Positions 1-13,653 of a DNA stretch of 64,000 nt are shown piece after piece (positions within the stretch are counted from its first letter, which is position 1; every line of letters begins with the position of its first letter). A program made the position numbers and the translations under genes. Under the pieces are notes generated by a model that was not told where the DNA came from, searched no databases, and worked only from the letters and a program-made list of their open reading frames with translations. The stretch is from Octopus bimaculoides (lineage: Eukaryota). The stretch lies in assembly GCF_001194135.2 (NCBI RefSeq), contig NC_068981.1, positions 52,953,901-53,017,900 on the forward strand, given 5' to 3'.

Positions 1-380
1 ATATATTCTTTTATTCTTTCAATTGTTTCAGTCATTTGACTGCAGCCACATGCTGGAGCACCACTTTAGTTGAACAAATTGACCCCAGGACTTATTCCTT
101 GTAAGCCTAGTACTTATTTTATCAGTCTCTTTTGTTGAACCACTAAGTTACTGGGACATAAACACACCAGCTTCGGTTGTTAAGCAATGGTGGGGGACAA
201 ACACACACACACACATATCTGACGGGCTTGTTTCAGTTTCCGTTTACAAAATCCCCTCACAAGGCTTTGGTTGGCCCGAGACTATAGTAAAAGACACTTG
301 CCCAAGTTACTGCACAGTGGGACTGAACCAAGAACCATGTGGTTGGTAAACAAGCTACTTACCACATCCACTTATGCACA
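1..380 (-). mobile_element. SINE (second family; related partial copies near 39780-39945 and 45640-45720)
   Basis: Recurrent motifs gggactgaacc..aaccatgtggttgg.aa.caa.ctacttaccac and aaggctttggttggcccgag. Confidence 0.75.
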
Positions 381-1639
381 TGAATGCATATGGAGTAAAT
401 GACTTATGAGCATGGTACTTATGTAGTGCATTGTTACATAGCCACTTGAAATATATCTATTTAATGCATTTGAAAAACCAACTGTTGGTTTGTAATAAAT
501 TCTACATATATGTATGTGTGTATATATATATATATTTATATATATATATATATATATATGTATTTTATATCATGTTTGACCATTGGTATATTCTTAAATA
601 ATTATTAATTGTTTAAAATATATCCTTCGTAATATATTTTTACATTACTTTTTAATTATAAATATATATATATTATAGATAGATAGATAGATAAACATAT
701 ATGTTTACTCACACACTTACACACACACATACACATATCTACTATATTATATATTCATATTGCGTATCACTTAAAGTGGATGGAACTAATGAAAGAGAGA
801 GACTTAGGAAGGTTGTTGCTTTTGTGTGAATGTACACTTCATTGCACATTGCACCAACCCACTCAGCTGAAAGTGTGTATCCAATCCTGTGACAGACTGG
901 CATCTTGTACTCTAAATCTATACATCTTGGAAAATTTGAATAAGCTGGCTTCATGAGCCTGTAGGCTTGAGAGAAGCTTTTTACCCTGTTTTCTGTTACT
1001 GTTGTTATTGTTATTATGAATATTATCACCACCACTTTCACCATACCACTACCACAATTACTACTACTGCTGCTGCTGCTATTTACCTTGATTTGATTTT
1101 ATTTAATCTATTTTCAACTTTTGCTTCCTTAAATTTCTCTTTCCTAATCTAGAACAATTTTAGATGTAGCTTTTTATTTATTGATTTACTATTAGTAATA
1201 GACCAATACTATAGTGTGTTACCAATTCATTATTCCAATTCACTTTGAACTTCACCTCTAAATTACTGTGTTTCCTGCTACCTATAAGTCTTAGTACCTC
1301 TCGAAATTCTTTACTCAACCATATTACTACAATTCCATTACCTTTTCTTTTTCTTTCTCAACTTCATTGCATGAATCAGCAGTCATCCATGTTCAGATAA
1401 CATGGTTGCTCCATGAGGAAATACAAGAAAAAATGAGAAAAGGTTATGCAAAAAAAAACAAGAAAAAATGTTGAGAAACATTTTAAGACAAAGAAGATAA
1501 AGGTTATGTCCTTTTAACCCATTAAAAGAACATTGATAATGTCTAGTGTTTGCTTGCAAAAATAAAAAAAAGGCCTTGTGGGAGTATTTGACTGGGAGGA
1601 AGGCTAAAAGTATGCTAAACTGTGCTAAAGGTATGCTAA

Positions 1640-2195
1640 TTGTCATCATTTAATGTTCGTCCTGCCATGCTTGGGCAGGTCTTTTGCATTACATGTTGCC
1701 AATCAACACAACCTTTTATCATTTCATCTACTGGGTGCAACAATGCAGCGACTTTGTATCTGTTTTTGTCACTTTGCTCCAAATCTTCTTCACTTTCCTT
1801 TCACAAGTACCATTCCCTTTTGAGTGCATGGCCTCCTTCATACACATTGCGTATCTGTGCCAACACAGTCTTCTCTTTTGCACACTACTGATTGCACGTC
1901 TGGTACAGTCAGTAAGGTGTACAACTCCCACAAGTCATTCAGCTACTCCCAGCTTCCTCATCTCAAAGAAGGGAACCCCATCAAAGGCTTTCACTAGGTC
2001 AACAAACATCAGATATAGGGGATTATTTCTGGTTAGATATTCTCCAGCAGCTTGGAAGACAGCATTAGTAGTACTTCTTCAGGGTGCAAATCCAAACTGC
2101 ATCATATCTATGATATTTTTCTTCCTATGCAAGTGTGCTGTAACTTTTTCTGTTACCTTCATAAGCTGGTCCAACAGGTTAATGCCTCTTTAGTT
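1640..2195 (-). mobile_element. Internally deleted RTE LINE fragment
   Basis: RGINLLDQLMKVTE..MQFGFAP..STT.A.F...LYLMFVDLVKAFDGVP, followed by a decayed 3-prime tail ending ...acgaacattaaatgatgac. Confidence 0.8.
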
Positions 2196-3150
2196 TTTCC
2201 CCACTAATACATCTCTCTTGCCCTTGACAATGATAATGCTATGTCTGTTATTGAATACAATACCCTGTGTGTGTTTGCATGTGTGAATATATGTGTATGT
2301 ATGTGAGAGAGAGAGAGAGATACTATGCTTGTGCTTTTAAACTTTTGCTGTATTTATGTTGAATCCTTTTGTCTTGTATAATAGAGCATTTCAACCAACA
2401 GATATGAATAAACTAAGTACCAGACTGAAATGAGTACTGAGATTGATATGCTTGACTGAACTCTTGAAGATAGTACCCCTGCATGGACATACTCCAATAA
2501 CTAAAACTAGTAAAAGTGTAAAAGATTATTATCATTATCATTATTGCAATCATCATAGCTTTCATCATGCAAACACCACAGAGGTTGTCATGTTCTTAGC
2601 AAGATTAAAATGCTATCAGCATTTGTTCATCAATCACTTTATAGATTGTATTAGATGCATTTTATCATAGTATCTGGTCTAGAGAGGTTGACTTGTGTCT
2701 TGCAAAACTATAAAGTCCTTATTATTTAACAACAACGTTCTCTTTCATTCAAGGTAGATATGATCAAGATGGTGAAGAGAAGAGAGAGTATGAATATAAT
2801 TGTGATAAGTGAGACAGCATAGCAAGAGCAAAGTGGTACAAGAGGGAGTACTGAAACAGTGAAAATGATAAGCAGCTAAATGTATGGGGAAAACACAATG
2901 TTGAAAGGTGTAGTAATGTTGGGGAGTGAAAGGAGGAGCAATGGAGCTGGATGAAAATGATGTGTGTCAACAGGAGTGAAACAATCCATTTCAACAAAGA
3001 ATGAGAAAAGAAAAAGTTATGCATTAGTGAGAGTTGATGAATAACAATAAATATAGACAAGGATAAGAGAGAATAAGTGATGAATAGTAACAGACAAATG
3101 TGATGAAGAGTAGTGGATGTCAGTGAAGGATATGTGAGAAAATAATCTTT

Positions 3151-3464
3151 TCTACTCTAGGTACAAGGCCTGAAATTTTTGGGCAGGGGGCCAGTCAATT
3201 AGGTCGACCCCAGTACGCAATTGGTGCTTAATTTATTGACCCTGAAAGGATGAAAGGCAAAGTTGACTTTGGTGGAATTAGAACTCTGAACATAAAGACA
3301 GACGAAATACCACTAAGCATTTTACCTGGTGTGCTAACGTTTCTTATTTCTTTATTGCCCACACGGGACTAAACATAGAAGGGACAAACAAGGACAGACA
3401 AAGGGATTAAGTCGATTACATCGACCCCAGTGTGTAACTGGTACTTAATTTGTCGACCCTGAAA
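3151..3464 (-). mobile_element. SINE (third family) plus partial second copy; another copy at about 62195-62405
   Basis: Shared core gtcgaccccagt..caa.tggtacttaattt..gaccc.gaaaggatgaaaggcaaagt.gac and tRNA-like head (gaatt.gaactc..aac.taaaga). Confidence 0.75.
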
Positions 3465-3606
3465 TGTATATATGTATATATATGTATGTATATATATGTA
3501 TGCATGTATATATATGTATGTATATATATGTAAGTATGTCTATATATGTATGTGTGTATATATATATATGTATGTGTTTATATATATGTATGTGTGTATA
3601 TATGTG

Positions 3607-3655
<49 letters not shown>

Positions 3656-3812
3656 NNNNNNNNNNNNNNNNNNNNNNNNNNNNNNNNNNNNNNNNNNNNN
3701 NNNNNNNNNNNNNNNNNNNNNNNNNNNNNNNNNNNNNNNNNNNNNNNNNNNNNNNNNNNNCCCTATTATTATTTTTTCTAATATATAATTCCTGTACATC
3801 ACCTCCAAACCT

Positions 3813-3887
<75 letters not shown>

Positions 3888-4868
3888 AAGAAAGAGAGAG
3901 TGGGTGTGTGTGTGTGAATCAGACAGAGGCTGAGTATATTGTTTGTAGCTAGTAATTCTGTTTTGAAGTTTTCTAACATATTATTTGTGTAAATATAAGA
4001 AATGGAAATTCCTTTCTCAAGATCCTTTCTACAGATGGCTTCAGGAAGCTTCAATAAGACATCAAGTGACAATTTAAATTATATATATTCATCATCATCA
4101 TCGTTTTACATCTGCTTTTCCATGTTGGCATAGACAAATTATCATGAACGAAGTCAGTACTTATTTAAAATTACTGTCCTCCTAGATGGAGTAGAAACCA
4201 AGTCCCTAGTACCAGCTCTAGAGAGAGAGGCTTCTCATCCCTTGTTAGACTAAAGAGTTCTTTCTACAGTATCCTTGTTCATTTGTTTCATTCTAGTTAA
4301 ATACTAGCATTGAAAGTAGAGGATATGTGAAGGCTGAAAAAACATGAGACAAGCCAGCTCCACTGGATGACTAATGTTGGGATTACATGAACAACTGAGA
4401 GAAAATCTGGGTATAAGAGAAATTGGGCGTGGTGTGTAAGAAAGAAGACTTAGATGCTATAGACTTTAGTGTATATGTAGGATGACACATTGGTAAAGCA
4501 ATGTCAAGAAGTGCAGGCTGAAGTAAACTCCTGAAGAGGGAAGATTATGTAGCAAGATTTTGTACTGAAGAAGATGCACATGTACATCTCCTGCCAGGCA
4601 TGACAAAATGGATGTAAAGTGTTAATTACAGAGAATGAATATATAGTTGTCTATTAGTATTATATGTATATTCATATGGATTTTGTGTGTGTATGTGTGT
4701 AAAAAAAAGTTGCAGTTTTTAAAGCAGTTAACCATAAATGTTCTCTTTTTTTAAATTTTCAATAAAATGTTCCTAATCATCAAGAAACAGTCCTTCACAA
4801 CAGTACACAACTTGTTTTGTGTGATAGAAAGGAAAAATATCAGGCTCATTTTGTTCGCATTTTGGCAA

Positions 4869-5012
4869 AAGTTTTAATAGGAATGCTCTACCAATTTTCC
4901 TTGGGTGAAACTTTTAGATCGACTGAATGTCAGACGTGTGAGTGCATGTGAAGTTCAGTAGATGCAAAAGTTTCACCCAAGGATTACTGGTTGAACATTC
5001 CTATTAAAACTT
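4869..5012. repeat. Inverted repeat, 59-bp arms, 26-nt loop
   Basis: 4869-4927 vs 4954-5012, 51/59 complementary. Confidence 0.85.
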
Positions 5013-5031
5013 ATTTTATATCATCGTCGCA

Positions 5032-5108
<77 letters not shown>

Positions 5109-5959
5109 TTAATGTCTGTCTTTGAGACTAGCATGGGTTGGATGGTTCAACAGAATCTAACAAACTAGAAGACTGTGTCAAACTCTGGTGTCTGCTTTGG
5201 CATAGTTTCTATGGCTGGATGTCATTTCAAATTCTAATCACTTTACAGGCTGTACTGACACTAGTGAAGTCACTCAGTAACTCACAAGATGACCCTCTCA
5301 ACTGAGTTGGAGTAAAGTATTAAGGGAGATGGTTTTGTGCCAGGTGTTGAGAGGTTAAAATATAATAGAGGGATAGGAATAGGTATCTTGGTGCAGAGAA
5401 GATACATGACTGCCCCAGTTGGGAATAGAGGTAAAAATGGTGGTGATGAGGCATCAGGTCATACCCTCAATATACAAGAAGGTGAATATAAGGGAAAATA
5501 TGAATAGAGGATTGGAAAGGGTTGGTAAGTTTGCAAGAGTGTGAAAGAAGAGTGACAGGTGGTTGGAGATGGAGAAGAGGGGAATACAGTAAATAATAAA
5601 CATGGGTGATCAAATTTGAATATCAGATTAGGTGTGAGGAAGGTAAAGGAAATATGAAAGTGTCGGGGAGGAGGAGGCAATAAATAGTAGTAGAAAAAAA
5701 GGGGTTGGCTGCAACAGTATAATAAAACCTAGATGAGAAATAGGAAGATATGTAAAGTGTGATAGGGGTAGGTATGTTGAGTAATGAACAAAGATGGGAA
5801 GGGATGTAGTTGGTAAATATGAGTGGGTGTTCATGGGAAAGGTTTGTTCAATGGACAAAAAAACTATAAGTGATGATACTGCAAATGTGGGATGAATGAC
5901 AGAAAGAAATGGTTCCAAGGATAAAGAGATAAATGGTAGCATAAAGAGAGGATAAAATA

Positions 5960-7224
5960 CAGGGGTTGGACAAAATAATGGAAACAATTTAAAATTTCAA
6001 ACAAATTTATTTTAACATGGAGTAGGACTGCCTTTGGTAGTAATTACAGCTTGAATTCTATGAGGTATGGACTCATACAAAGTTTGAATTGTTTCCAAAG
6101 GAATTTTTGTCCATTCTTCAGCTAAAACAGTCTCTAGTTCTTGTAGTGATGATGGTGGAGGATATTGACTCCTTACTTGTTTTTCTAAAATGCACCATAA
6201 ATGTTCAATAATATTCAGATCTGGGGACTGTGGTGGCCAGATGAGATGTTCAACTTCACTAGAATGTTTCTCGTGCCATTCAATAACAACTTTAGCTGTG
6301 TGAATTGGTGCATTATCATCCTGAAAGATTGCGTTTCCCCCCGGAAACAGTTCCGACACCATAGGATGAATTTGATCAGATAAAATGCTTAAATAGTCTT
6401 AACTATTAATTCTGCCATGAACAGAAACCATTGGGTCAGCGGATTTCCAAGACATAGCCCCGCCAGATCATCACAGATCCTCCTCCATGTTTAACAGTTG
6501 GAAGAAGGCAGTCTGGGTCAAATGCTTCTTTTGGCTGTCTCCACATGTATACTTGACCAGTGGTTAGAGATAGGGTAATGGATGACTTGTCCAAGAAAAT
6601 AACATTCTTCCACTGCTCTAGGGACCAATTCTGTAGGTTTTTACTCCACTCTAAACGCTTTGCAATGTTTGTTTTTGAAAGTGGTGGTTTTCTGATTGCA
6701 ACCCTCCCATGAAATCTAACTTTGTACATCTCCTGGTGAACAATTTTTGTGGAAACTGGGTTCTCGAGGTGGTCATATTAAACTCTGCAGTAATTTTGGG
6801 AGCTGTACTTTTGTAATCCTTTCTAACAATTCGCATAAGAGTCCTATGGTCCCTATCTGAAAGTTTTGGTTTTCTTTCGGAGTTTTTGTTTCAACGAGGA
6901 GGTTTTTCCGTCTTTCTCAAAGACTATCATTACTTTTGAGACAGTACTTCTTGATACACCAAACATTTCAGCTGTTTTCATTATGCTAGCACCTGCAATA
7001 TGAGCACCAACAATTGACCTCTTTGAAAGTCCGATAGATCTGTCATTTTAATGAATTTTGATTCCCTTTTCTGATAATACTTGGAAAGAAACAGCAATTT
7101 TAGCAAAACATATTAAGCAACACTAATAATAAATCAAAAAACAAAAATAAACAAGCATTTGATGGTTTTATAGATATTTCAAAATTATGATGCTAAGTGT
7201 TTCCATTATTTTGTCTAACCCCTG
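5960..7224 (-). mobile_element. Full-length Tc1-family DNA transposon with DD36E spacing (Incomer-like), frameshifted transposase about 7046 to 6012
   Basis: 27-bp TIRs caggggtt(g/a)gacaaaataatggaaaca with 1 mismatch; TA TSDs at 5958-59 and 7225-26. Protein fragments MTDLSDFQRG, VKHGGGSVMIW, FQDDNAPIH...WPPQSPDLNIIEHLW; 36 residues counted between the second D and E. Confidence 0.93.
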
Positions 7225-7269
7225 TATGTGCAGTTCTGTTCCCATAAAATGACAGCAGCTGAGTAAAGT

Positions 7270-9940
7270 GCTATAGTTAGAAGAGTGATGGAAGGATGGT
7301 TATTAAGAAAATGAGTTGTGAGCAAGGCTTGATAGGGACAGGTTGGGTACAGGAACACACACACATAAAAGATGTGTTTTTAGGATCTCATTTTTTGCTA
7401 ATATGGATGGGTTGTCTTGAGCACAGTGAATCTTCAATCATTTTGGTCCTTTGTCATCTCTTTTGTGAAACTCAGCATCCGAGTTTGGTCTTTGTTATTT
7501 CATCCTACATTTTCCTGTGTCTCCTTCTTCCACTGGTTCCACCCACATTTAATGATCAGCACTTCTCTAATCCATATACATCACATGACCACACCAGCAC
7601 AATTTTCTGTCTTGCACACTGTATCTGATCCTCTTATGCCTAATTTCCCCTCAACATATTTGCACTTTGTTGTACATGCACACTGACATTGCACATCCAG
7701 CAGAGCATGTTAGCTTCATTTCTTTCTAGGTTTCACTTGTCCTCTCATTCACAGCCCACATTTCACTATCATTTGGCATTGTTATTCATACACAGTCATA
7801 ATACGCTCTAACTTTTATTCTGAGAGATAGGTTTTTGTTACCAACAGTAATAGCTCTCTGAACTTTCTTCATCTAGTTCTTATTCTTACACCTATACTTT
7901 CAGAACATGTTCTTCCACTGCTAATTTGGTTACCTATTTAATTGAAACAGTCTACTATCTCCAAGAGTCCTCCTGGGCATTTAAGAAAATCGATTCCTGT
8001 GTTCTTACTGTTTATTGCTCCTGTGCATCTGCCACAAGACCTACATTCTCTGTTAACTTTCTTTTGATTCGACTGCACTTCTTATGTGCCCTTAGTTTGT
8101 ATTGGGTGTACCATATAAAATTTCTACCTACACTTTTTTGACTTATTGAACAGGGCCATTTTCCTGAAAGGATTAGCATCCTATCTGTTTTCCTGCTTAG
8201 TAGAACTTTGGTCTTTGCTAATTTAACTCTGACTCTAGGTTTTGTTTCTACACCAGGAATCTCTCTTCTAATTCTACTTCAGATTCAGCTACAAGAACAA
8301 AGCCCTCAACATAGAGGAGTTGCTACAAGTAACCAATCTTAAACTCCTCTGTTATGGCATGCTGGACTATGATAAATAGGAGGGAACCAAGAACTAATCC
8401 TTAGTGAATTCCTACATTTATACTAAATGTGATGCTTACACATTACTCATCTTATGGCATGTATGGCTCTTACCAGCCTCTTGTCTACTCCTGGTTTCTG
8501 CTGTGACCACCAGATCAGGGAATAAGGATCCTGTCAAGAAGCTTTCTCCAGGTTGATGAATGGTTTGCTCTTGGTAGTTGCCTTACTAGTAAGTGGACAT
8601 CAGTAACACTTCTCCCTGGCACACAACCAAACTGCATCTCATCAAGTCTAACACTCTTCCTAATTATTATAACTCTTTGTGTAATTTTTATTAGCTGGTC
8701 CAGCAAATTGATTCCTCTGCAATTCTCTCTAAGACACCTCCTTTACCCTTGTATCAATTGACTATAATGCTGCTACACCAGCTTTTTGGTACAATATCTT
8801 TCTTTTACAACCTGATGAACTATATGAGTATCTAGTCTGTATTCCGCTCCACCAGATATTTTAAACACCTCAGTGGTAATTCCTAATGAACCAGGAACTT
8901 TACCTCACTTCATATCCTTAATTGCTTTATCTATTATGTTGCTTTTGACTAGAATGGTTGGTCCTTCTGTCAGGCTCACATCAGGAAGACTCTCATGCAT
9001 TCTCCACGTTTAGTTGCTTTTAGAAGTGGCACATCCATGCTTCTTTCTTTTCAAATTCACAATGTGCATGTGTGTCATTATCCAACTATATACACAATAT
9101 CCTATCCATAATATCTCAAGTTTCTCTAATACACTGTCTTGCACCCTGCGATAGAAAACCTCATGCACCTGATACTTATGCTGTAGGGCTTTGGAAACCT
9201 CTTCCTTTCTGCTTCTTCCCTTGCTAGATATACCTGTCATCTAACTTCCCTTCTAGCTACCTGATATAATTCTCTGTTACCACATTGTTCCAGTCTTTCC
9301 AAGTCTATCTCTTCACTTTTATGACTCTGTCTACCTCATTATTCCACTGTCACATTGCCCTTGATCTGGCTGGAACTTTGTACCAGCTCCAGATTTAGTT
9401 TGTAGCCTTCAATAGATTTACTTTTAAGAACTCTCAATTCTCTTTTGTGCTATACATCTGTCTATCTCCTCTTCCTTTTAGTCAAATGCCCCTACTAGTT
9501 CTCTGAATTTTCGACTGTTCAATGGATCTTTAAGTTTCCATATCTTCCTTTTCCAAACTTGTTTGTGTCCTTGAGTCCTTCTAGCCCTAAGTCTGAAATC
9601 ACTAGACACTTACCTATGTTTAATTGTATTCTTCACTTGGGAAGGACTTCACATTTACAAGCATCTGCCTATCCATGTTTTTGCTGAGAATGTCAATCTG
9701 GCTTGTGTTCTCACCAGATTACTAGGTGATCAGGTGGATGGGTGGTTTCTTGAAGTTAGTGTTGTAGATCATAAAGTCTCTTACATCACATAACTTCAAT
9801 AGCCTTGTTTACCTCATCTCTAGAACCAAAGCCATAACTGCGCACCATGAAACCAATTGGAGTGCTATCTAGCATGTCCATTGAAGTCACAAGCCACGAT
9901 AGTAAGATCATTGTCATTCGTCATCAATGTAATCTGTTAT
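7270..9940 (-). mobile_element. Long degenerate RTE LINE (APE endonuclease to RT C-terminus)
   Basis: Minus strand LTIVACDFNGH...SQIDIL (endonuclease, about 9930-9700), LDQLIKIT...LDEMQFGCVPGRS (8515-8706), RT C-terminal fragments at about 7600-7950; heavily mutated, boundaries approximate. Confidence 0.8.
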
Positions 9941-10884
9941 TTGTCATCAAAGTGTATATATATATATATAAAGAGAGAGAGAGAGATTATTTATTATATA
10001 ATATGTAAATCTGTATATATATTTATATGATATATATTATATTGTGTGCATATATACATATATATATATATATANNNNNNNNNNNNNNNNNNNNNNNNNN
10101 NNNNNNNNNNNNNNNNNNNNNNNNNNNNNNNNNNNNNNNNNNNNNNNNNNNNNNNNNNNNNNNNNNNNNNNNNNNNNNNNNNNNNNNNNNNNNNNNNNNN
10201 NNNNNNNNNNNNNNNNNNNNNNNNNNNNNNNNNNNNNNNNNNNNNNNNNNNNNNNNNNNNNNNNNNNNNNNTATATGTATGTATATCAATGAATATAAAT
10301 GTATATATAGAGGGATTCTTTCTTATATAGTTTTAGCAATGATGTCATGCTGTGTTGGAAAGTAATACCTTGAGAACATTTTAATATTATGATGATATTT
10401 AGGCAGCGTACTGGGAAAATCATTAGCATACTGGGCAGAGTTTTTTTCTGCAGTCTTCCACTTTATGTATTAGTAATAATAATAACTATAGTAAAAAGTA
10501 AGAAAATAAAGAACATCAGTAGAAGGATGAGTGCAAAAAGATTTCAAACTAGGTTTTAAAGTTAATAGTTGGAGACAGAGAGCAGATAGTAACTGAAACA
10601 GATTATTTTCAGCAGAATCAATCAATTAAAATAGAAAATAGGTACAATAGAAGTTTGAAAAATATTTTTTCCTAATACCTCAGTGATATCAGTAAACGTC
10701 AGCCTTCCATTGGCATTTGTATCTTCTGCTTATAATTTTCCATCCTTTTGCATGTAAATCCTGTTTAATAGTTGAATAGTGATGCACCATGTTAATTGCA
10801 ATACTTATTCCCAAAAGTTAAATACTTCTGATAAAGAGAAATTTTGTTGGACATCTAGTGTCTATATGTGTGCGTGTGTTATAT

Positions 10885-11265
10885 TGTTGTTGGCACTCCG
10901 TCACTTACGACGTCGAGGGTTCCAGTTGATCCGATCAACAGAACAGCCTGCGCGTGAAATAGCGTGCAAGTGGCTGAACACTCCACAGACACGTGTACCC
11001 TTAACGTAGTTCTCAGGGATATTCAGCGTGACACAGCGTGACAAGGCTGACCCTTTGAATTACAGGCACAACAGAAACAGGAACTAAGAGTGAGAGAAAG
11101 TTGTGGTAAAAGAGTACAGCAGGGTCGCCACCATCCCCTGCCGGAGCCTCGTGGAGCTTTAGGTGTTTTCGCTCTATAAACACTCACAACGCCCGGTCTG
11201 GGAATCGAAACTGTGATCCTATGACCGCGAGTCTGCTGCCCTAACCACTGGGCCATTGCGCCTCC
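10885..11265 (-). mobile_element. tRNA-head SINE
   Basis: Reverse complement begins ggaggcgcaatggcccagtggttagggcagc...gtttcgattccc (A and B boxes), followed by about 300 bp of non-tRNA body. Confidence 0.85.
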
Positions 11266-11287
11266 ACGTGTGTGTGTGTGTGTTATT

Positions 11288-11512
11288 CTCGGAGTGGTTA
11301 CACTCTCGGAGTGGTACACTCTCGGAGTGGTACACTCTCGGAGTGGTACACTCTCGGAGTGGTTGGCGTTAGGAAGGGCATCCAGCTGTAGAAACTCAGC
11401 CAAATTAGATTGGAGCCTGGTGTTGCCATCTGGTTTCACCAGTCCTCAGTCAAATCATCCAACCCATGCTAGCATGGAAAGCGGACGTTAAACGATGATG
11501 ATGATGATGATA
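11288..11512 (+). mobile_element. RTE 3-prime tail copy preceded by a 16-bp tandem reiteration
   Basis: Near-identical to 28090-28247. Unit ctcggagtggtacact occurs 4 times plus a partial copy at 11288-11364. Confidence 0.85.
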
Positions 11513-11519
11513 ATGAACT

Positions 11520-11940
11520 GAATTGACATGTTCAGCTGATGCTTTTGTGGAAGTATGACAGTCAGTGGATGCAGGATCAGTTGGCTGAAATTTGCAGCCA
11601 TGATGTTACTTGGCACACTCAAAGGTGATCTCCTGCATGCACTGAATGGGTTCACTGCTGAGTGCTGCAAGACAGGGATGAGAATTTGTGTTACAAAGAC
11701 TGAGTCATAGGTCCTCCCAAGAAAGTTGACCTAGTGCAGTCTGCATGTTAGTGAAACATCACCGAGACAAATGGAGAATTTTAAGTATCTCAGGACCATA
11801 TTCATGAGTGATGGAAAGAAGGAGGATGAACTGGATGCTATAATTTTAGGTGTGGGAACAGTAATGTACCAGTGCCAGCATTTGATCTTCAAAAGAGGAA
11901 GGATTGGTAAAGAAACCAAACTTGCTGTCTTCAGTTTAAC
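11520..11940 (+). mobile_element. RT fragment of another RTE-like LINE family
   Basis: LNGF..C..GMRICV.KTE...MENFKYLRTIFMSDGKKEDELDA. Confidence 0.6.
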
Positions 11941-12033
11941 TTTTTCACTTCCTGAGTGTTAAACTAATACATCTGTTTGTTGTCTACGCCGCCCATCCTG
12001 TCCTTGTCTTTTGTTTTTTTTGTAAATTCTCCT

Positions 12034-12076
<43 letters not shown>

Positions 12077-13653
12077 ATGTGTGTGTGTGTGTGTGTGTGT
12101 GTGNNNNNNNNNNNNNNNNNNNNNNNNNNNNNNNNNNNNNNNNNNNNNNNNNNNNNNNNNNNNNNNNNNNNNNNNNNNNNNNNNNNNNNNNNNNNNNNNN
12201 NNNNNNNNNNNNNNNNNNNNNNNNNNNNNNNNNNNNNNNNNNNNNNNNNNNNNNNNNNNNNNNNNNNNATGTGGTATATATATTTAATATATATATATAG
12301 AGAGAGAGAAAGAGAGAGATTTATGTATTAATGTGCGTGTATGTGTGTCTGTTATCATTATCATCATCATTTTCATTTTACATCTACTTTTAGGACTGGT
12401 ATGGTCTGGATGGGTCATTACATTTTGATTTGGTTCTTATTTAGAGATGCTAACACCCTTGGTGTGATTGTTGATCTTGCCTCACATGTCAGTTTTCATT
12501 TTGGCATAATTTTTATAACTGCATGTTCTTCCTAATATTTTACTGAATATACAAGGTCTAATTTATCAGTGCACCAGCATTAGAGAGGCTGTCATGTACA
12601 TGAAAAGATTCAAGAGTCTTCTTGACCCTATGATGTCTCTTGTCATTTTACAACCACTTTGTAGCGTGTGCTGATGGATATTTTATTGCAGAATCAGGTC
12701 TAGAGAGGTGTCACATTCTCAGCCACACAAGGCTAAGGTTTTCTCAGCCCTGTGATATCTCTACTCATTCATTACGACTATAAATAGTGTGTTGCATGCA
12801 TTTTATCATAGCATCCATACTTGTGAGCTTGTTTTGCATTGGAATCTTAGTTAAGCTTTGTTGTCACTGTTCAAGACATTGTGACTAGTATAGTGGGTTG
12901 AAGAAAAGGTTGTTGTGAAAGATGAATTTGGATAAGAGAGAGAAGGAAGAGAGTATAATAGGTGAAGCAATGTTGGTACAGAGGTAGGTGGGAGATGGGA
13001 GAGAGAGAGAGTGCTAGAGAATTAATGAGAAGGAAAAAGCCAAGTTGTGATGAGAGAGAAAATTATGACACAGGGTAAATAGTCAACATATGTTTGAAGG
13101 TAAAAAAGAGAGTGATTGATGATTAGTTGTAGAAATGGCCAATGGTAAGAGAATGTGATGGATATTAGTAATGAGTGTTATGCGGGAGAAAGTAGTGGCT
13201 AGTTGCATAGAAGTGAGTGGTAATGTTAGTTGGTAAGAGAGAAAAGGAGTGATGGAAAAGGTCAGATAAATGTCAATAGAAGAGTGACTTGAGAAAAAGC
13301 GAGTCATGATAGGTAGCATAGGAAGTTAAACGGAGAGTGTATTGGATACCAGTAAATTCAATACAATTCCTTCTTATTCATATAGAGATATGCATACATT
13401 CATATATAATAATAATATAGTAGGATCAATCAATCAATCATGGTAAAAACATTTGGTTAGTATCTAGCAAAAAAGTGGCTTGCATAGAAAACAAATAAAT
13501 CAATAATTGATCCATAAAGTTTATTAATCAGTTCATCAAATGCACTTTGTCCCATATTGAGATTAGATAGAAAATTCCAATAAGATGAGAGATGCTATAC
13601 AAATCCAGTTTGAAAGCATCAAATACTGCTTGTTATACAATAATCAAATCTAT

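Noticed and set aside
11190-11265. tRNA gene
   Set aside because: A/B boxes are present, but the sequence is the head of a SINE with a continuous body and no convincing cloverleaf.
11288-11364. CRISPR-like array
   Set aside because: Contiguous repeats without spacers, eukaryotic context, derived from a LINE 3-prime UTR.
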